A stretch of 64,000 nucleotides of DNA from Candidatus Collierbacteria bacterium RIFOXYD2_FULL_45_13 (GCA_001774685.1 MFAS01000001.1:91489-155488); one strand, 5' to 3'; counted from the first letter of the stretch, positions 38,277-47,596 are shown. Translations and numbers: made by a program. The notes: generated from the sequence alone by a model not told the origin.

Positions 38277-40142
38277 ATGTCCATCACTGTTTTCACTCAA
38301 ACTGGTGCGCGAGTCGACCTTGATCCAAACGATGCGGTCGGTTCAGGAGGTGAAGGAACCGTGTTTCCTGATCCTACTAACCCCAATGATTTGATCAAGA
38401 TCTATGAGCATCCAGACAAAGGTCACGAAAAAAAACTAAAGGCGTTTATTGCCAAAGGTTTTTCCCTTCCCAAGTTTGTTGCTGCGCCAAAATCCCTAAA
38501 CTTTAATCGCTCTGGCGATGTCATCGGATACACCATGCCCTTCATCAAGCGGGCCAAGGCCTTTCGCGATTTAAGCAACAAGAACTTCCGCATCCGTCAG
38601 AAGATCAACAACAAGAAAGTCGTTGCTCTTCACTTAAACGACGCCAAAGTTCTCGATGCCATACATCAGCAAAAAATTGTCATCGGAGATAGAAACGATC
38701 AAAACGTTCTCTTCTCCGGAACCAATAGCTACTACATCGATTTCGACTCGGTTCAGTTCGATAACTGGCCCTGCCCGGTAGCGACCGAAAACTACCTAGA
38801 TCCGGCCCTCTACGGTCTGGATCTAACCCTCAAACCAGTGTTTCTTCCTCTTCACGACTGGTACTCCTATGCAACCATGCTGTTTAGAAGTTTGTTGCTT
38901 GTTCATCCTTACGGGGGAACTCATCCCAGAATAAGTGATTTACCAGACCGAGCATTGAAGAGAATCACCGTTTTTGATAAAGGAGTCATCTATCCGGCCG
39001 TTGGACTTCCACCTGACTTGGTTAGCGATGATCTGATGCACGTGTTTAGCAAGTACTTCAAAGATGGTTGGCGTGGTATGTTCCCACAAACGGAACTAGC
39101 CAAATTCCAGTCGGTTCTCATCGAATGCCCTTCATGCAACACCGCCTTCCCGTCAAATAAGCGGGCGTGCCCTGTTTGTAAAGAACAAAATCAGATCGTC
39201 ACTTCGGTTTCGATACCTGGTTCGCTTACTGTCAAACAATTAACAGGGATTAAAGGTCAGATACTTTACCAGCGCCTAGAGGGTGAGAATCTCATCCTGA
39301 TCACTTTGGAAAACAATCAGGCGGTTATGCACATTGTCAGCCAAAGCAATCTCTGGACCATCTCTCTCTTCCCTTACCAAACCGGGATGAGGTTCGAAGC
39401 CAGCACCAAACTACTGGCAGTCAATATTTCGGGTAGTGAACAAATCGACCTTTTCGAAATCAACTACAACGAAATTACCCAAATCGAAAGCTGTGTATCC
39501 GATACATATGCGATTACCCAAAACGCGGTATTTAGAGTCAATGGTACCCATCTCTTCCGTCTTGTCGGATCTCAACTGGTTGACACGGAAGTACTCAAGG
39601 GGACACTCCTAAACCGACCTGTTCGTCAAACCATCGAGCACCAATCATGGTTCAGTGTCAGTCCGGACACTTTTCCCGCCGTTGTCGGCTTCTACCGCGT
39701 AATGCGTCAGCAATTTTTCTGGATGCACCGCGAGGGGTTCTCGGCCGATCTTCCTCTCCCCGGCCTGGAACTGGGTGAAAGTCTTCTGGACATCACCGTC
39801 AAGTTTTCTACCAGTTCTTTTCTGATAGTCAGAAAGACCAAACTCAAAGGAGGCGAATACGTTCATTTTGACGCATTTGATAAAAAGGGCGTCAATCTGT
39901 ATTCGTCAAAAGTAGAAGTGGGGAAATTGCCTTCCGACAGAATTCACGGTCAGGCTTATGCTGGGGGAAAATTAATTTTTCCAACCGACACCGGAGCCAT
40001 TCGCTATGATCCGGCTAACGGCTCTCAAACTCAGTTTCAGGCAACCAGTAAAGTAGTAAACTCCGGCCAATCGTTATTCACCTATGCTGCCGGACTTCTG
40101 GTCGTTGACCCACGACACATTAGTTACATCACTCTCAACTAA
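38277..40142 (+). CDS. Eukaryotic-like Ser/Thr protein kinase domain + zinc ribbon + ~330-aa C-terminal beta-rich domain
   Basis: Gly-loop VGSGGEGTVF, Lys in LIKIY, catalytic loop IGDRNDQNV (D..xxN spacing as in HRDLKPEN), DFD for DFG in YIDFDS, ribbon CPSCN...CPVCK. SD AAAGGAGG. Confidence 0.7.
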   Translation: MSITVFTQTGARVDLDPNDAVGSGGEGTVFPDPTNPNDLIKIYEHPDKGHEKKLKAFIAKGFSLPKFVAAPKSLNFNRSGDVIGYTMPFIKRAKAFRDLSNKNFRIRQKINNKKVVALHLNDAKVLDAIHQQKIVIGDRNDQNVLFSGTNSYYIDFDSVQFDNWPCPVATENYLDPALYGLDLTLKPVFLPLHDWYSYATMLFRSLLLVHPYGGTHPRISDLPDRALKRITVFDKGVIYPAVGLPPDLVSDDLMHVFSKYFKDGWRGMFPQTELAKFQSVLIECPSCNTAFPSNKRACPVCKEQNQIVTSVSIPGSLTVKQLTGIKGQILYQRLEGENLILITLENNQAVMHIVSQSNLWTISLFPYQTGMRFEASTKLLAVNISGSEQIDLFEINYNEITQIESCVSDTYAITQNAVFRVNGTHLFRLVGSQLVDTEVLKGTLLNRPVRQTIEHQSWFSVSPDTFPAVVGFYRVMRQQFFWMHREGFSADLPLPGLELGESLLDITVKFSTSSFLIVRKTKLKGGEYVHFDAFDKKGVNLYSSKVEVGKLPSDRIHGQAYAGGKLIFPTDTGAIRYDPANGSQTQFQATSKVVNSGQSLFTYAAGLLVVDPRHISYITLN

Positions 40143-40157
40143 ACAAGGAGAATCCTC

Positions 40158-41087
40158 ATGACCCCTACCCTTTACTCACCTTCCGATGTTGCCAAGCTTT
40201 ACACACCTCGCAGTCAATTCGTCACCGACGGTATGAAGAATCGCACCAAACTCACCGCCTTCGAAGATAAGCGCAAGGTTGCGCTGTTGACCGTCGACGG
40301 ACAATGGGACTTTGTCAGTACAACTGGTGAACTTCCGGTTCCCGGAGCCACCGAAGATATGCAACGTCTCATAAACTTCATTTACCGTAACGTCGACCAG
40401 ATCACCAGCAACTACATGTCCATGGATGACCACCCGCCTTTTGCTATCTTTTTCCCCACCTGGTGGCGAAATCGGAACGGGGAAGCCCCGGGCAACAAAG
40501 ATTATGTTGCTATCAGCTACGCCGACATCAAAAGTGGAGCCTGGAAACCGATCATTGACCCTCTCTGGTCCACAGATTACGTCAAGAAGCTCGAAACTCA
40601 AGCCAAGAAACCGCTGATGATTTGGCCTTTCCATTGTCTCCAGGGTACACCAGGACAATCTTTGGTCGCTGCACTATCAGAAGCCATCATGTACCACTCT
40701 GCCGCACGAGGTAGTCAACCGACCAGAATCTCCAAAGGTACCAATCCTCGCACCGAACACTATGGCATCTTCAAAGCCGAAATCGAAGACCCGAAAGACG
40801 TCAGCACCCAGCTCAACACAGCTGTACTCGACGCTATTGCCAAGCACGATCTCATCTACGTCGCTGGGGAAGCCAAGAGTCATTGTGTACTCGAAACGAT
40901 GTCTCAACTTGTCGGATATTTCGGCAGGACTCAGCCTGAAACCATCAAAAAGATCCGCTTCCTCATGGACTGTACCAGCTCCGTAAAACATCCAAGCATC
41001 GATTTCGAAGCTATTGCCAATACCGAGCTCGACAAGATGGTCCAAAAAGGCGTCGTTCTCGTAAACAGCACCGACCCCATCCGCTAG
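40158..41087 (+). CDS. Isochorismatase-family cysteine hydrolase (nicotinamidase-like fold)
   Basis: VALLTVDGQWDF (catalytic Asp), LIYVAGEAKSHCVLETM (catalytic Cys). SD AAGGAG. Confidence 0.65.
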   Translation: MTPTLYSPSDVAKLYTPRSQFVTDGMKNRTKLTAFEDKRKVALLTVDGQWDFVSTTGELPVPGATEDMQRLINFIYRNVDQITSNYMSMDDHPPFAIFFPTWWRNRNGEAPGNKDYVAISYADIKSGAWKPIIDPLWSTDYVKKLETQAKKPLMIWPFHCLQGTPGQSLVAALSEAIMYHSAARGSQPTRISKGTNPRTEHYGIFKAEIEDPKDVSTQLNTAVLDAIAKHDLIYVAGEAKSHCVLETMSQLVGYFGRTQPETIKKIRFLMDCTSSVKHPSIDFEAIANTELDKMVQKGVVLVNSTDPIR

Positions 41088-41110
41088 ATCGTAAACAAAA
41101 AGGAGATCTT

Positions 41111-41827
41111 ATGACTTCAAAAAGCGTCATTACTGTAGCCAACCTCAACAATACGAGCGCCCTCGCTCAAGTTCAGCACGCAGGTGCCAGCGACCTGAAC
41201 GGCGATCAAGTCACCTTGATTCTGCGCATCCTCGATCGCACTGGATCCCTTCTCCGCTACAAGTCGGAAATGATCCAAGCCGCTCAGCTCAATGTTGATG
41301 CCCTGCGCGAATCCAAAGCTGGCGACGAGATGCTCATGTCCACCTGGACCTTCAACGCTACAGACGGCTTCACTGTAGTCGATGGCTTCGTCAAGCTCGA
41401 AGACGTTACCCCGCTTGACGACCAAAACTACGACATGCAGCCTGAAGACATGACCAACCTGTATGACACTGTCTTCACCGCTCTTACCGACCCTCTTGCC
41501 GGCATCATCGCCTACGCGGACAGCCTGCGGAAAAGTGGTATCCGCGTCAAAGTCACTGTCTTGGTCCTCACCGACGGCGAAGACAACCGCAGTCGGATTG
41601 ATCCCAGCAAAATCAAGGCTCTAACGAGCGCCAATGAAGGTTGTTACTTCTGTCTCATGGCCTTCGGCACCGGCTTTGCTCAGGAAGCGGCCCGCGACAT
41701 GGGCTTCCCCAACGTCCGCGAATACAACGCCACCAAAGGCGAACTTCGCAAGATGATGGGTGAGTTCTCCAAGTCCCAGGTTCGCGCCTCACAAAGCACC
41801 GTCGCTCCCAACGCTTTCTTTAATTAG
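41111..41827 (+). CDS. von Willebrand factor A (vWA) domain protein with a MIDAS-like motif
   Basis: LILRILDRTGSL (DxTxS MIDAS variant), VLVLTDGEDN. SD AAAGGAG. Confidence 0.65.
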   Translation: MTSKSVITVANLNNTSALAQVQHAGASDLNGDQVTLILRILDRTGSLLRYKSEMIQAAQLNVDALRESKAGDEMLMSTWTFNATDGFTVVDGFVKLEDVTPLDDQNYDMQPEDMTNLYDTVFTALTDPLAGIIAYADSLRKSGIRVKVTVLVLTDGEDNRSRIDPSKIKALTSANEGCYFCLMAFGTGFAQEAARDMGFPNVREYNATKGELRKMMGEFSKSQVRASQSTVAPNAFFN

Positions 41828-41839
41828 TCGGTTTTCTTC

Positions 41840-41866
41840 GCCCTCCCCATCCGGGAGGGCTTTTTT
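41840..41866 (+). terminator. Strong rho-independent terminator
   Basis: GCCCTCCC-catcc-GGGAGGGC + TTTTTT immediately after the vWA stop. Confidence 0.8.
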
Positions 41867-41910
41867 ATCACCCAATTTGACAGAACCAATATCCATAATT
41901 AAGATTAGTT

Positions 41911-42483
41911 ATGAATAAACTCGGTTATCTTCTTAAACTAGCCGCCAGTGCATCTCTTTTCCTAATCATCGTCAGTCCCTCATTTGCCGCCAAGCCAGAC
42001 AACGCTGGAAACGGCTACACTAAATCTGGCAAACCAGTCGCCGTTGTTTCCACAGTTCGAGCCAAAGCCTGTCAAGCCAAGGAATCGGCCGTCAAAACAC
42101 GGATGACGCAGATGACGAAACTCGTCACCACCATGGAAACTACCTTCGACAAAATCGCCGAAAGAGTCCGGGGGTACTATACCGACAAAGTGCTTCCTTC
42201 CGGCAAGTCTCTCCCTAACTACAGTGCCCTGACAAGCAACATTACCTCCAATAAAGCTCTGGTCCAAACAGCCCTTGACAAAGCTCAAGCTGACACCTTA
42301 GCTTTCAGCTGTGACTCCGAAAATCCTAGAACTCTATTGCTCCAGTTCAATACCAACATGAAACTGGTCAAAGGTGCTCTCAAAACATACAGGACGGCCA
42401 TTAATAAGCTTATTGTCGCGATCAGGACCATCCCCGCCATTTCTCCAACCCCTTCTCCCACCAATAATGTCACCATTGATTAA
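41911..42483 (+). CDS. Secreted hypothetical protein (signal peptide)
   Basis: MNKLGYLLKLAASASLFLIIVSPSFAA signal peptide. Confidence 0.55.
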   Translation: MNKLGYLLKLAASASLFLIIVSPSFAAKPDNAGNGYTKSGKPVAVVSTVRAKACQAKESAVKTRMTQMTKLVTTMETTFDKIAERVRGYYTDKVLPSGKSLPNYSALTSNITSNKALVQTALDKAQADTLAFSCDSENPRTLLLQFNTNMKLVKGALKTYRTAINKLIVAIRTIPAISPTPSPTNNVTID

Positions 42484-42732
42484 ATGACCAACACCAAACA
42501 ACCCATGACCTACGCCACCAAAATAATCATTCTCGCGACTCTCGCTATCATCGTTGGATATTTAATATCCTCTGAAAAATCGAGACCGGCCGTTTTTCAA
42601 ACCAACCCACAGACTGAGAACATTCAAGACGAGAGTGGGCTTAACCAAGCACAGGATGAACTGGATACAATTAATGTCGATAGCCTAGACAGTGGAATCA
42701 ATCAACTGAACTCGGAAGCCTACACTTTCTAG
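42484..42732 (+). CDS. Small single-TM protein, hypothetical
   Basis: Abuts the previous stop codon. TM IIILATLAIIVGYLI. Confidence 0.45.
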   Translation: MTNTKQPMTYATKIIILATLAIIVGYLISSEKSRPAVFQTNPQTENIQDESGLNQAQDELDTINVDSLDSGINQLNSEAYTF

Positions 42733-43118
42733 CCCTCGTTCCGTTTCTTTCTCAAATTACCAATCTCTTCGTTGAAGAGCACTGTCCACTTGTGCCCGCT
42801 CTGCCTCATGCTATCCAGTTGCCTTTGTTTCCTCAAACCCGTCGCGTTTATTACTCTTTTCTTTTGAACTCCCCGGCCTTTTTGAATATATCTTTTTTTC
42901 AATTCATCTCTCTTCTCCATAGTCACCTCGACCAATTTACCTCCCGTGTTGGCTTTTGGATTAACTACGTAAAAGTCTATCTTCGAGTCTCCAATCGGTA
43001 TCTGATAGTAAACCTCACAACCCACTTCCAGACAGGCTAAAGCAAAATCCTTTTCGCCTTGGTTCCTTAGCTTTTCTGCTAAACCCCAAGTCAGCCTTTC
43101 CCCCATTTCTAATCTCAT
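42729..43118 (-). CDS. Hypothetical protein (possible PD-(D/E)xK-like core, speculative)
   Basis: IGDSKIDFYVV...LVEVTMEK pattern only. Confidence 0.35.
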   Translation of the reverse strand: MRLEMGERLTWGLAEKLRNQGEKDFALACLEVGCEVYYQIPIGDSKIDFYVVNPKANTGGKLVEVTMEKRDELKKRYIQKGRGVQKKRVINATGLRKQRQLDSMRQSGHKWTVLFNEEIGNLRKKRNEG

Positions 43119-43140
43119 AATTCCAGGATTATACTCTTCG

Positions 43141-43732
43141 TTATAATTCTCTCACCTGCATGAACTTTCTTGAACCGACTACGAACCAATAGGCTGAGCT
43201 TCCGGAGCCATCCGGTCTGGTCGTATACGTTACCAGTAGGTCACCGCCTGCCCATCCCGACACATGATCAATCACATCCATGTTTTTGGACAATTTCCAA
43301 TACTCACCCACTTCCAAATACTTCTTTCCATCACTAAACAGACTTCCATCCGTCTTGAAAACGTAATAGTCTTTCCCGTTCAGATCGTTCTTTTGTATAA
43401 TAAAGATGTTTGTTGTCTGCAGACCAACTATTAAACGGTATTGCAAACGCTTGACCCGAATCTGCCACAACGTCAAAAAGCAACAGGCTGCTATTTTGCT
43501 GACTGTCCAAGATTTTGAAGGCATAACTGACCCTCTCTCCTGTGACATTTCTTTCACCTACGAGTTTAAGGCTTCCATCACTATTTGTTGCTTCTTCCAA
43601 CCGAGTGGGAGAAGTTTCTGTTGCTTCGACAGCCACCGAAAGATTTGGCTTCTGACTTCTTTTGACCGAAGATATATAGAAAACCATCAACGCCACTACC
43701 AGCGCTAACCCCACCATCTTCTTTAATACCAT
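43141..43732 (-). pseudogene. Frameshifted secreted-protein gene (two overlapping frames 43334..43732 and 43141..43557)
   Basis: The N-terminal part (signal peptide MVLKKMVGLALVVALMV...) is in one frame and a protein-like C-terminal part (...DYYVFKTDGSLFSDGKKYLEVGEYWK...) is in the -1 frame. The switch is near 43400-43425 in an A/T-rich run. Confidence 0.4.
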
Positions 43733-43863
43733 GTATAAAGATTAGCACAATGTGTGCTTTTTGTAACTTCTCGTACATAATAAGCGCACAATTTTGACAA
43801 ACAAAGTGCAATTCTACCAAAGTTCAAGCCAGTCTTGTTTCCGTCGGCCATAAGGACAAAACC

Positions 43864-43903
43864 ATGCCTAAAAAATTTTGCTCGTGGGACGATTTCGAAC
43901 TAT
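43864..43903 (+). repeat. Direct repeat copy 1 (AAATGCCTA...GCTCGTGGGACGATTTCGAACTATT)
   Basis: Matches copy 2 at 44391..44446, with 1 indel in the 21-bp core TGGGACGATT(T)TCGAACTATT. Overlaps the nucleotidyltransferase stop codon. Confidence 0.8.
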
Positions 43904-44376
43904 TTTAGATCTCTAAGTTTCTGAACAATATTCAAATCACTATTACCTCGTTTTTCGATCCTGTACCCATCAGTAGAACTGAAAGTATATGCTTTTATAA
44001 AACATTCAGGCTTAAGGGTATTAACATCGATTCCGTCAACAATAATTTTGACAACATCACTTTTTGGATCGCAAATATTATCTTCGATCAAAACACTCTT
44101 TTCTGCAAAAGCCACTTTAATCCCTTCTGGATTTACAAATTCATGTTCTTTTTCATCGGAGATCTCAAAACCATTACTTGACATCAATTCTTTCAAAAAA
44201 GACCATTTTTCTCCTGTAAACTCATCATCAACCAACAAATCAATATCGTCAAAATCTCTAAACTTCCCTAAGTAGACAGATACTCCCAATGAACCGTATA
44301 GAATAGAGTCGACATTGTTTACTCTGAGGAAACCATCAACTTTCTTGTAATCACCAAGTTTTACAGACATAGGCAA
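43900..44376 (-). CDS. Minimal nucleotidyltransferase-fold protein (Pol-beta-like NTase; ANT/MNT-like)
   Basis: YGSLGVSVYLGKFRDFDDIDLLV (G[SG]...D.D NTase motif). Confidence 0.6.
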   Translation of the reverse strand: MPMSVKLGDYKKVDGFLRVNNVDSILYGSLGVSVYLGKFRDFDDIDLLVDDEFTGEKWSFLKELMSSNGFEISDEKEHEFVNPEGIKVAFAEKSVLIEDNICDPKSDVVKIIVDGIDVNTLKPECFIKAYTFSSTDGYRIEKRGNSDLNIVQKLRDLK

Positions 44377-44390
44377 ATTTTACCAGAGTT

Positions 44391-44446
44391 CGAAAAAATG
44401 CCTATTTCAAATCAAAGCTCGCCAGATGGGACGATTTTCGAACTAT
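44391..44446 (+). repeat. Direct repeat copy 2 (AAAAAATGCCTATTT...GCTCGCCAGATGGGACGATTTTCGAACTATT)
   Basis: See copy 1. Lies 15-70 nt upstream of the nucleotidyltransferase start. Confidence 0.8.
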
Positions 44447-44477
44447 TATCTCTCAGGCGATCTAGTTACAAACAATC

Positions 44478-44759
44478 TCAACGCTTTTTCTCAGACTTCT
44501 TACTCTTTAAATAGAGCCACAATGGAGCAATAACTAGCCCGAACAAACTAAGTAAGGATAACAACCCATTATCTTCTAACGCAAAGAAATACTGTATGAC
44601 CTTTAGAAAGAAGAATGCTACTTGTATCAACACAAAACCAAACACGACAAATTTGGCAGACAAACCCCAGCTTATCTTTCCTTCCGCATAATACTGATAT
44701 AAAACCACGGGCAAAGTGGCTCCAACAATCAATAGTATTAACCAAATCATGTTATTCAT
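44478..44759 (-). CDS. Small three-TM membrane protein, hypothetical
   Basis: Hydrophobic helices. Colinear run of minus-strand genes. Confidence 0.45.
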   Translation of the reverse strand: MNNMIWLILLIVGATLPVVLYQYYAEGKISWGLSAKFVVFGFVLIQVAFFFLKVIQYFFALEDNGLLSLLSLFGLVIAPLWLYLKSKKSEKKR

Positions 44760-44774
44760 AGACTTATTTAATTA

Positions 44775-45254
44775 TTAGTTGTCTACCACTAATGTCCCTG
44801 ACCACTTATCATGCCACCCTATTGGACGATGTTTTCCATCTTCACCCTTGCTTGAAAAAAATGAGAATGGTTCAAATGGTATGAATCTAACCAAAGAACG
44901 AATAAATATTTTTCTAAATTCAGGAGAGTTCCCTTCAGCATCTACAGCTCTCGTATTTGTTAAGAGCTTACCTGGGGTTTTACCAGTCAAAGATTCAAAT
45001 AGTAGATAGTATAAGAAGAAAGCTAGATATCCCAACACCTGCTCTGAGCCGTCAACGAAATCTGCTAAGCCAAGTATTGCTAGTACAAAACCAATACAAA
45101 AGGCAAAAACCATTGCTCCCCCCATATCGATTAAATAATTAAGTAAGCGTTTGTTACTTGTTGCCGGCACAAACTCTTTTGGAGTCTCAAATCCGCAATA
45201 ACGACAATAAGAGGCATTGTTAGAAATTGATCTCCCACAGCTTTTGCAGTTCAT
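44775..45254 (-). CDS. Zinc-ribbon + RDD-family membrane protein
   Basis: N-terminal CKSCG...CRYCG ribbon. RDD-like GKTPGKLLTNTRAVD loop. Confidence 0.55.
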   Translation of the reverse strand: MNCKSCGRSISNNASYCRYCGFETPKEFVPATSNKRLLNYLIDMGGAMVFAFCIGFVLAILGLADFVDGSEQVLGYLAFFLYYLLFESLTGKTPGKLLTNTRAVDAEGNSPEFRKIFIRSLVRFIPFEPFSFFSSKGEDGKHRPIGWHDKWSGTLVVDN

Positions 45255-45281
45255 GTTTTATTTATTATTAATTTATTTAAC

Positions 45282-46016
45282 TTACCTAGTAAGCTCGAAT
45301 GAACTTATAAAATTATCAAAAGATTTCTCAAAGTTTGCATATTCACTTGAGACAATCAAAACCAAGTAAAACTTAACCTTGGGTAGATCATCTCTGACAA
45401 ATCCCATTCCCTTGACATAATAATCTTTCTCAAAAAAACCATTAAACTCTATAGCATCATAACCCTTAAATGAAGTGAGAATAGAATCGTTTATGCTATA
45501 ACCTGACTCTCCTACCATTCCATTGATTGAACCTTCTAAACCTGTCTTGTTGTCAAAATTTTCTGGAGCAATATCATAGTCCCAAGACTGAACCATATAA
45601 ACATTCTGATCATCTGGAGTCGAATAATAATATTGAGTACCACTATAAGTTACTCCATTAATAGAATCTGTTGGAATTCGTTGTGTGGTTGGATATTCTG
45701 GGAAACTGATTTTAAATCCGTGTTCTGCAGAGACAAATTTATCTGACTGATTTGACAAGTTTTGAGTTGTGGGTGTGTCTGCTCCCTCTTCTGGAACATT
45801 TCCTAATACATATAGACCGAATATGATTAAGAAAAGAACTAGTAATCCTAATAAAATATTTTTTAACAATGAAGGTTTTTTGTTTGGTACATACACCACA
45901 TCGCTTATCGAACGACCAATTCGACCTTTACTGGTCTTAGACTGTAATTTTTGACCACATTTTTCACAATATCTACTTCCGAAAGGGTTATTGCGACCAC
46001 AATATTTACACTTCAT
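45282..46016 (-). CDS. Zinc-ribbon single-TM protein with an extracytoplasmic domain, hypothetical
   Basis: CKYCG...CEKCG ribbon, TM LLGLLVLFLIIFGLYVL. Confidence 0.5.
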   Translation of the reverse strand: MKCKYCGRNNPFGSRYCEKCGQKLQSKTSKGRIGRSISDVVYVPNKKPSLLKNILLGLLVLFLIIFGLYVLGNVPEEGADTPTTQNLSNQSDKFVSAEHGFKISFPEYPTTQRIPTDSINGVTYSGTQYYYSTPDDQNVYMVQSWDYDIAPENFDNKTGLEGSINGMVGESGYSINDSILTSFKGYDAIEFNGFFEKDYYVKGMGFVRDDLPKVKFYLVLIVSSEYANFEKSFDNFISSFELTR

Positions 46017-46022
46017 AACTTT

Positions 46023-46799
46023 TTATTTATTAATAAAATTCTTGTTCCAAAAATAGGTCATCGCCTTGATTCTATTAGTAGTCAATGGATGATTTGATAA
46101 GAGCTCTCCCAGCTTCAATCCAAATCCTCCAGCTACATTAAGTTGCTGGATATACCCATCAACATTTAGTTTTTTGTATAGCTCAGCTCCAATTGAAAGT
46201 TTTATCAACGATGAAACAGCAGAATCGATATTTCTCGTAAGCACTAGTCCGCATCTGTCAGAAGTATATTCCGTTTGTCTTTCATAAAACCCCATTACAA
46301 GATTTGAAAAAGGATTATTCATTCCTAGAGGACTCGTTAAGGAAGTTATTTTTGTGTGTCCGGCTTTAAAATGACCTAACTCATGAGCAACGACAAATCT
46401 CAGTTCTTTTGTTGACAACTGTTCTACCAGAGCAGATGTCAGAACAACAGTACAAGTGGAAATACCTAATGTCCACGCATTAAGACTTGGATCCTGTTTG
46501 ATATAAATATTTGCTTTCCTAACGCCCAGCATTTTTGAATACTCAAGCAGAATCTCGAATATCTCAGGAAATTGATTACTATGCACTCTTACAGAATCTC
46601 CAAGATAGTAGAATTGTTGTAATTGAATAAACACTATTCCAATCACTATCATAAAAAGAACAAAGTATACACTTATCAGCGATAATGCCCAGCCCAAGAG
46701 AATTAACAGTGAGAAACTAATAAATAAAGAGATAAATTCCCCACTATTTCGAAACATCCAACTTTCAACATTCTTATCTACATTTTCATATTGATTCAC
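46023..46799 (-). CDS. M48-family zinc metalloprotease (HtpX-like)
   Basis: HExxH in VVAHELGHFKAGH. Two N-terminal TMs. Confidence 0.75.
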   Translation of the reverse strand: MNQYENVDKNVESWMFRNSGEFISLFISFSLLILLGWALSLISVYFVLFMIVIGIVFIQLQQFYYLGDSVRVHSNQFPEIFEILLEYSKMLGVRKANIYIKQDPSLNAWTLGISTCTVVLTSALVEQLSTKELRFVVAHELGHFKAGHTKITSLTSPLGMNNPFSNLVMGFYERQTEYTSDRCGLVLTRNIDSAVSSLIKLSIGAELYKKLNVDGYIQQLNVAGGFGLKLGELLSNHPLTTNRIKAMTYFWNKNFINK

Positions 46800-46938
46800 C
46801 TTAGCTCAATTATAAACCAAATAAATTACCAACAATCCATCAATGAATTTACTGATATAAAGGTCTCGAACTAGTCGTCTGACAAGTGATGTCATCGAGG
46901 AAGGCCCCTGTCAACACGATTAGACTATACTAAATTAC

Positions 46939-47220
46939 ATGAAGGGTATTATCAGCTTTGCTGTACTCATATTTGTTATATTTTGGATTTGGAATCACGT
47001 TATTTCACCCCCTAAATTCACTGGATTCTACTATCCGAATGCCGGTGAACTAAGTGTCTACAAACAAAGTCCCGAATTAGATTCCTTAGAAGAATGTCGA
47101 GAATGGGTTGAGGATATTAGTGGAGGACGAACAGATCAAAATTTTGATTATGAATGTGGAAAAAACTGTAGGCTGAGTGAGGCTGGTGGTATTTATATTT
47201 GTAATGAAACCTTAGAATAA
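46939..47220 (+). CDS. Small secreted Cys-containing protein, hypothetical
   Basis: N-terminal TM/signal peptide, 4 Cys. Confidence 0.4.
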   Translation: MKGIISFAVLIFVIFWIWNHVISPPKFTGFYYPNAGELSVYKQSPELDSLEECREWVEDISGGRTDQNFDYECGKNCRLSEAGGIYICNETLE

Positions 47221-47362
47221 TTCCTAAACTTCTTAACTCAACCCACATTGCTCACAAAAGGACGATCTTCGAAGTCAAAGCCAAAAGATTGGCGAGTAAA
47301 TTGCCAAAAACAGTTTAAAATACACAAAATACTATTTTGTGGTTAAATACTACTCATAAACT

Positions 47363-47596
47363 ATGATTTCAGTTACTTTCGGCGGTAAAGCAAAAAGATT
47401 AATGTATGAGGCGTTGAATAAGTCGGTTGATGGAGAGGGTTATCTCGTAGAAACTCTTAATCCGAAGCAAAGAGTCTTAACTAAAGATGGTGAGTTTATA
47501 AAACCAAATGAGGTTGGAATTGTTAGACCTGGCTCTCAAATATTTATTAAAAAAGATATTGTCTCATTAATTAAATTCGCTTCGGACTTAATTTAA
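47363..47596 (+). CDS. Hypothetical protein (77 aa)
   Basis: Stop codon abuts the start of the next gene (47597). Confidence 0.4.
   Translation: MISVTFGGKAKRLMYEALNKSVDGEGYLVETLNPKQRVLTKDGEFIKPNEVGIVRPGSQIFIKKDIVSLIKFASDLI

Noticed and set aside
43581-43820. Minus-strand 79-aa ORF
   Set aside because: It lies in the intergenic region next to the direct repeat, its composition is odd, and there is no RBS.
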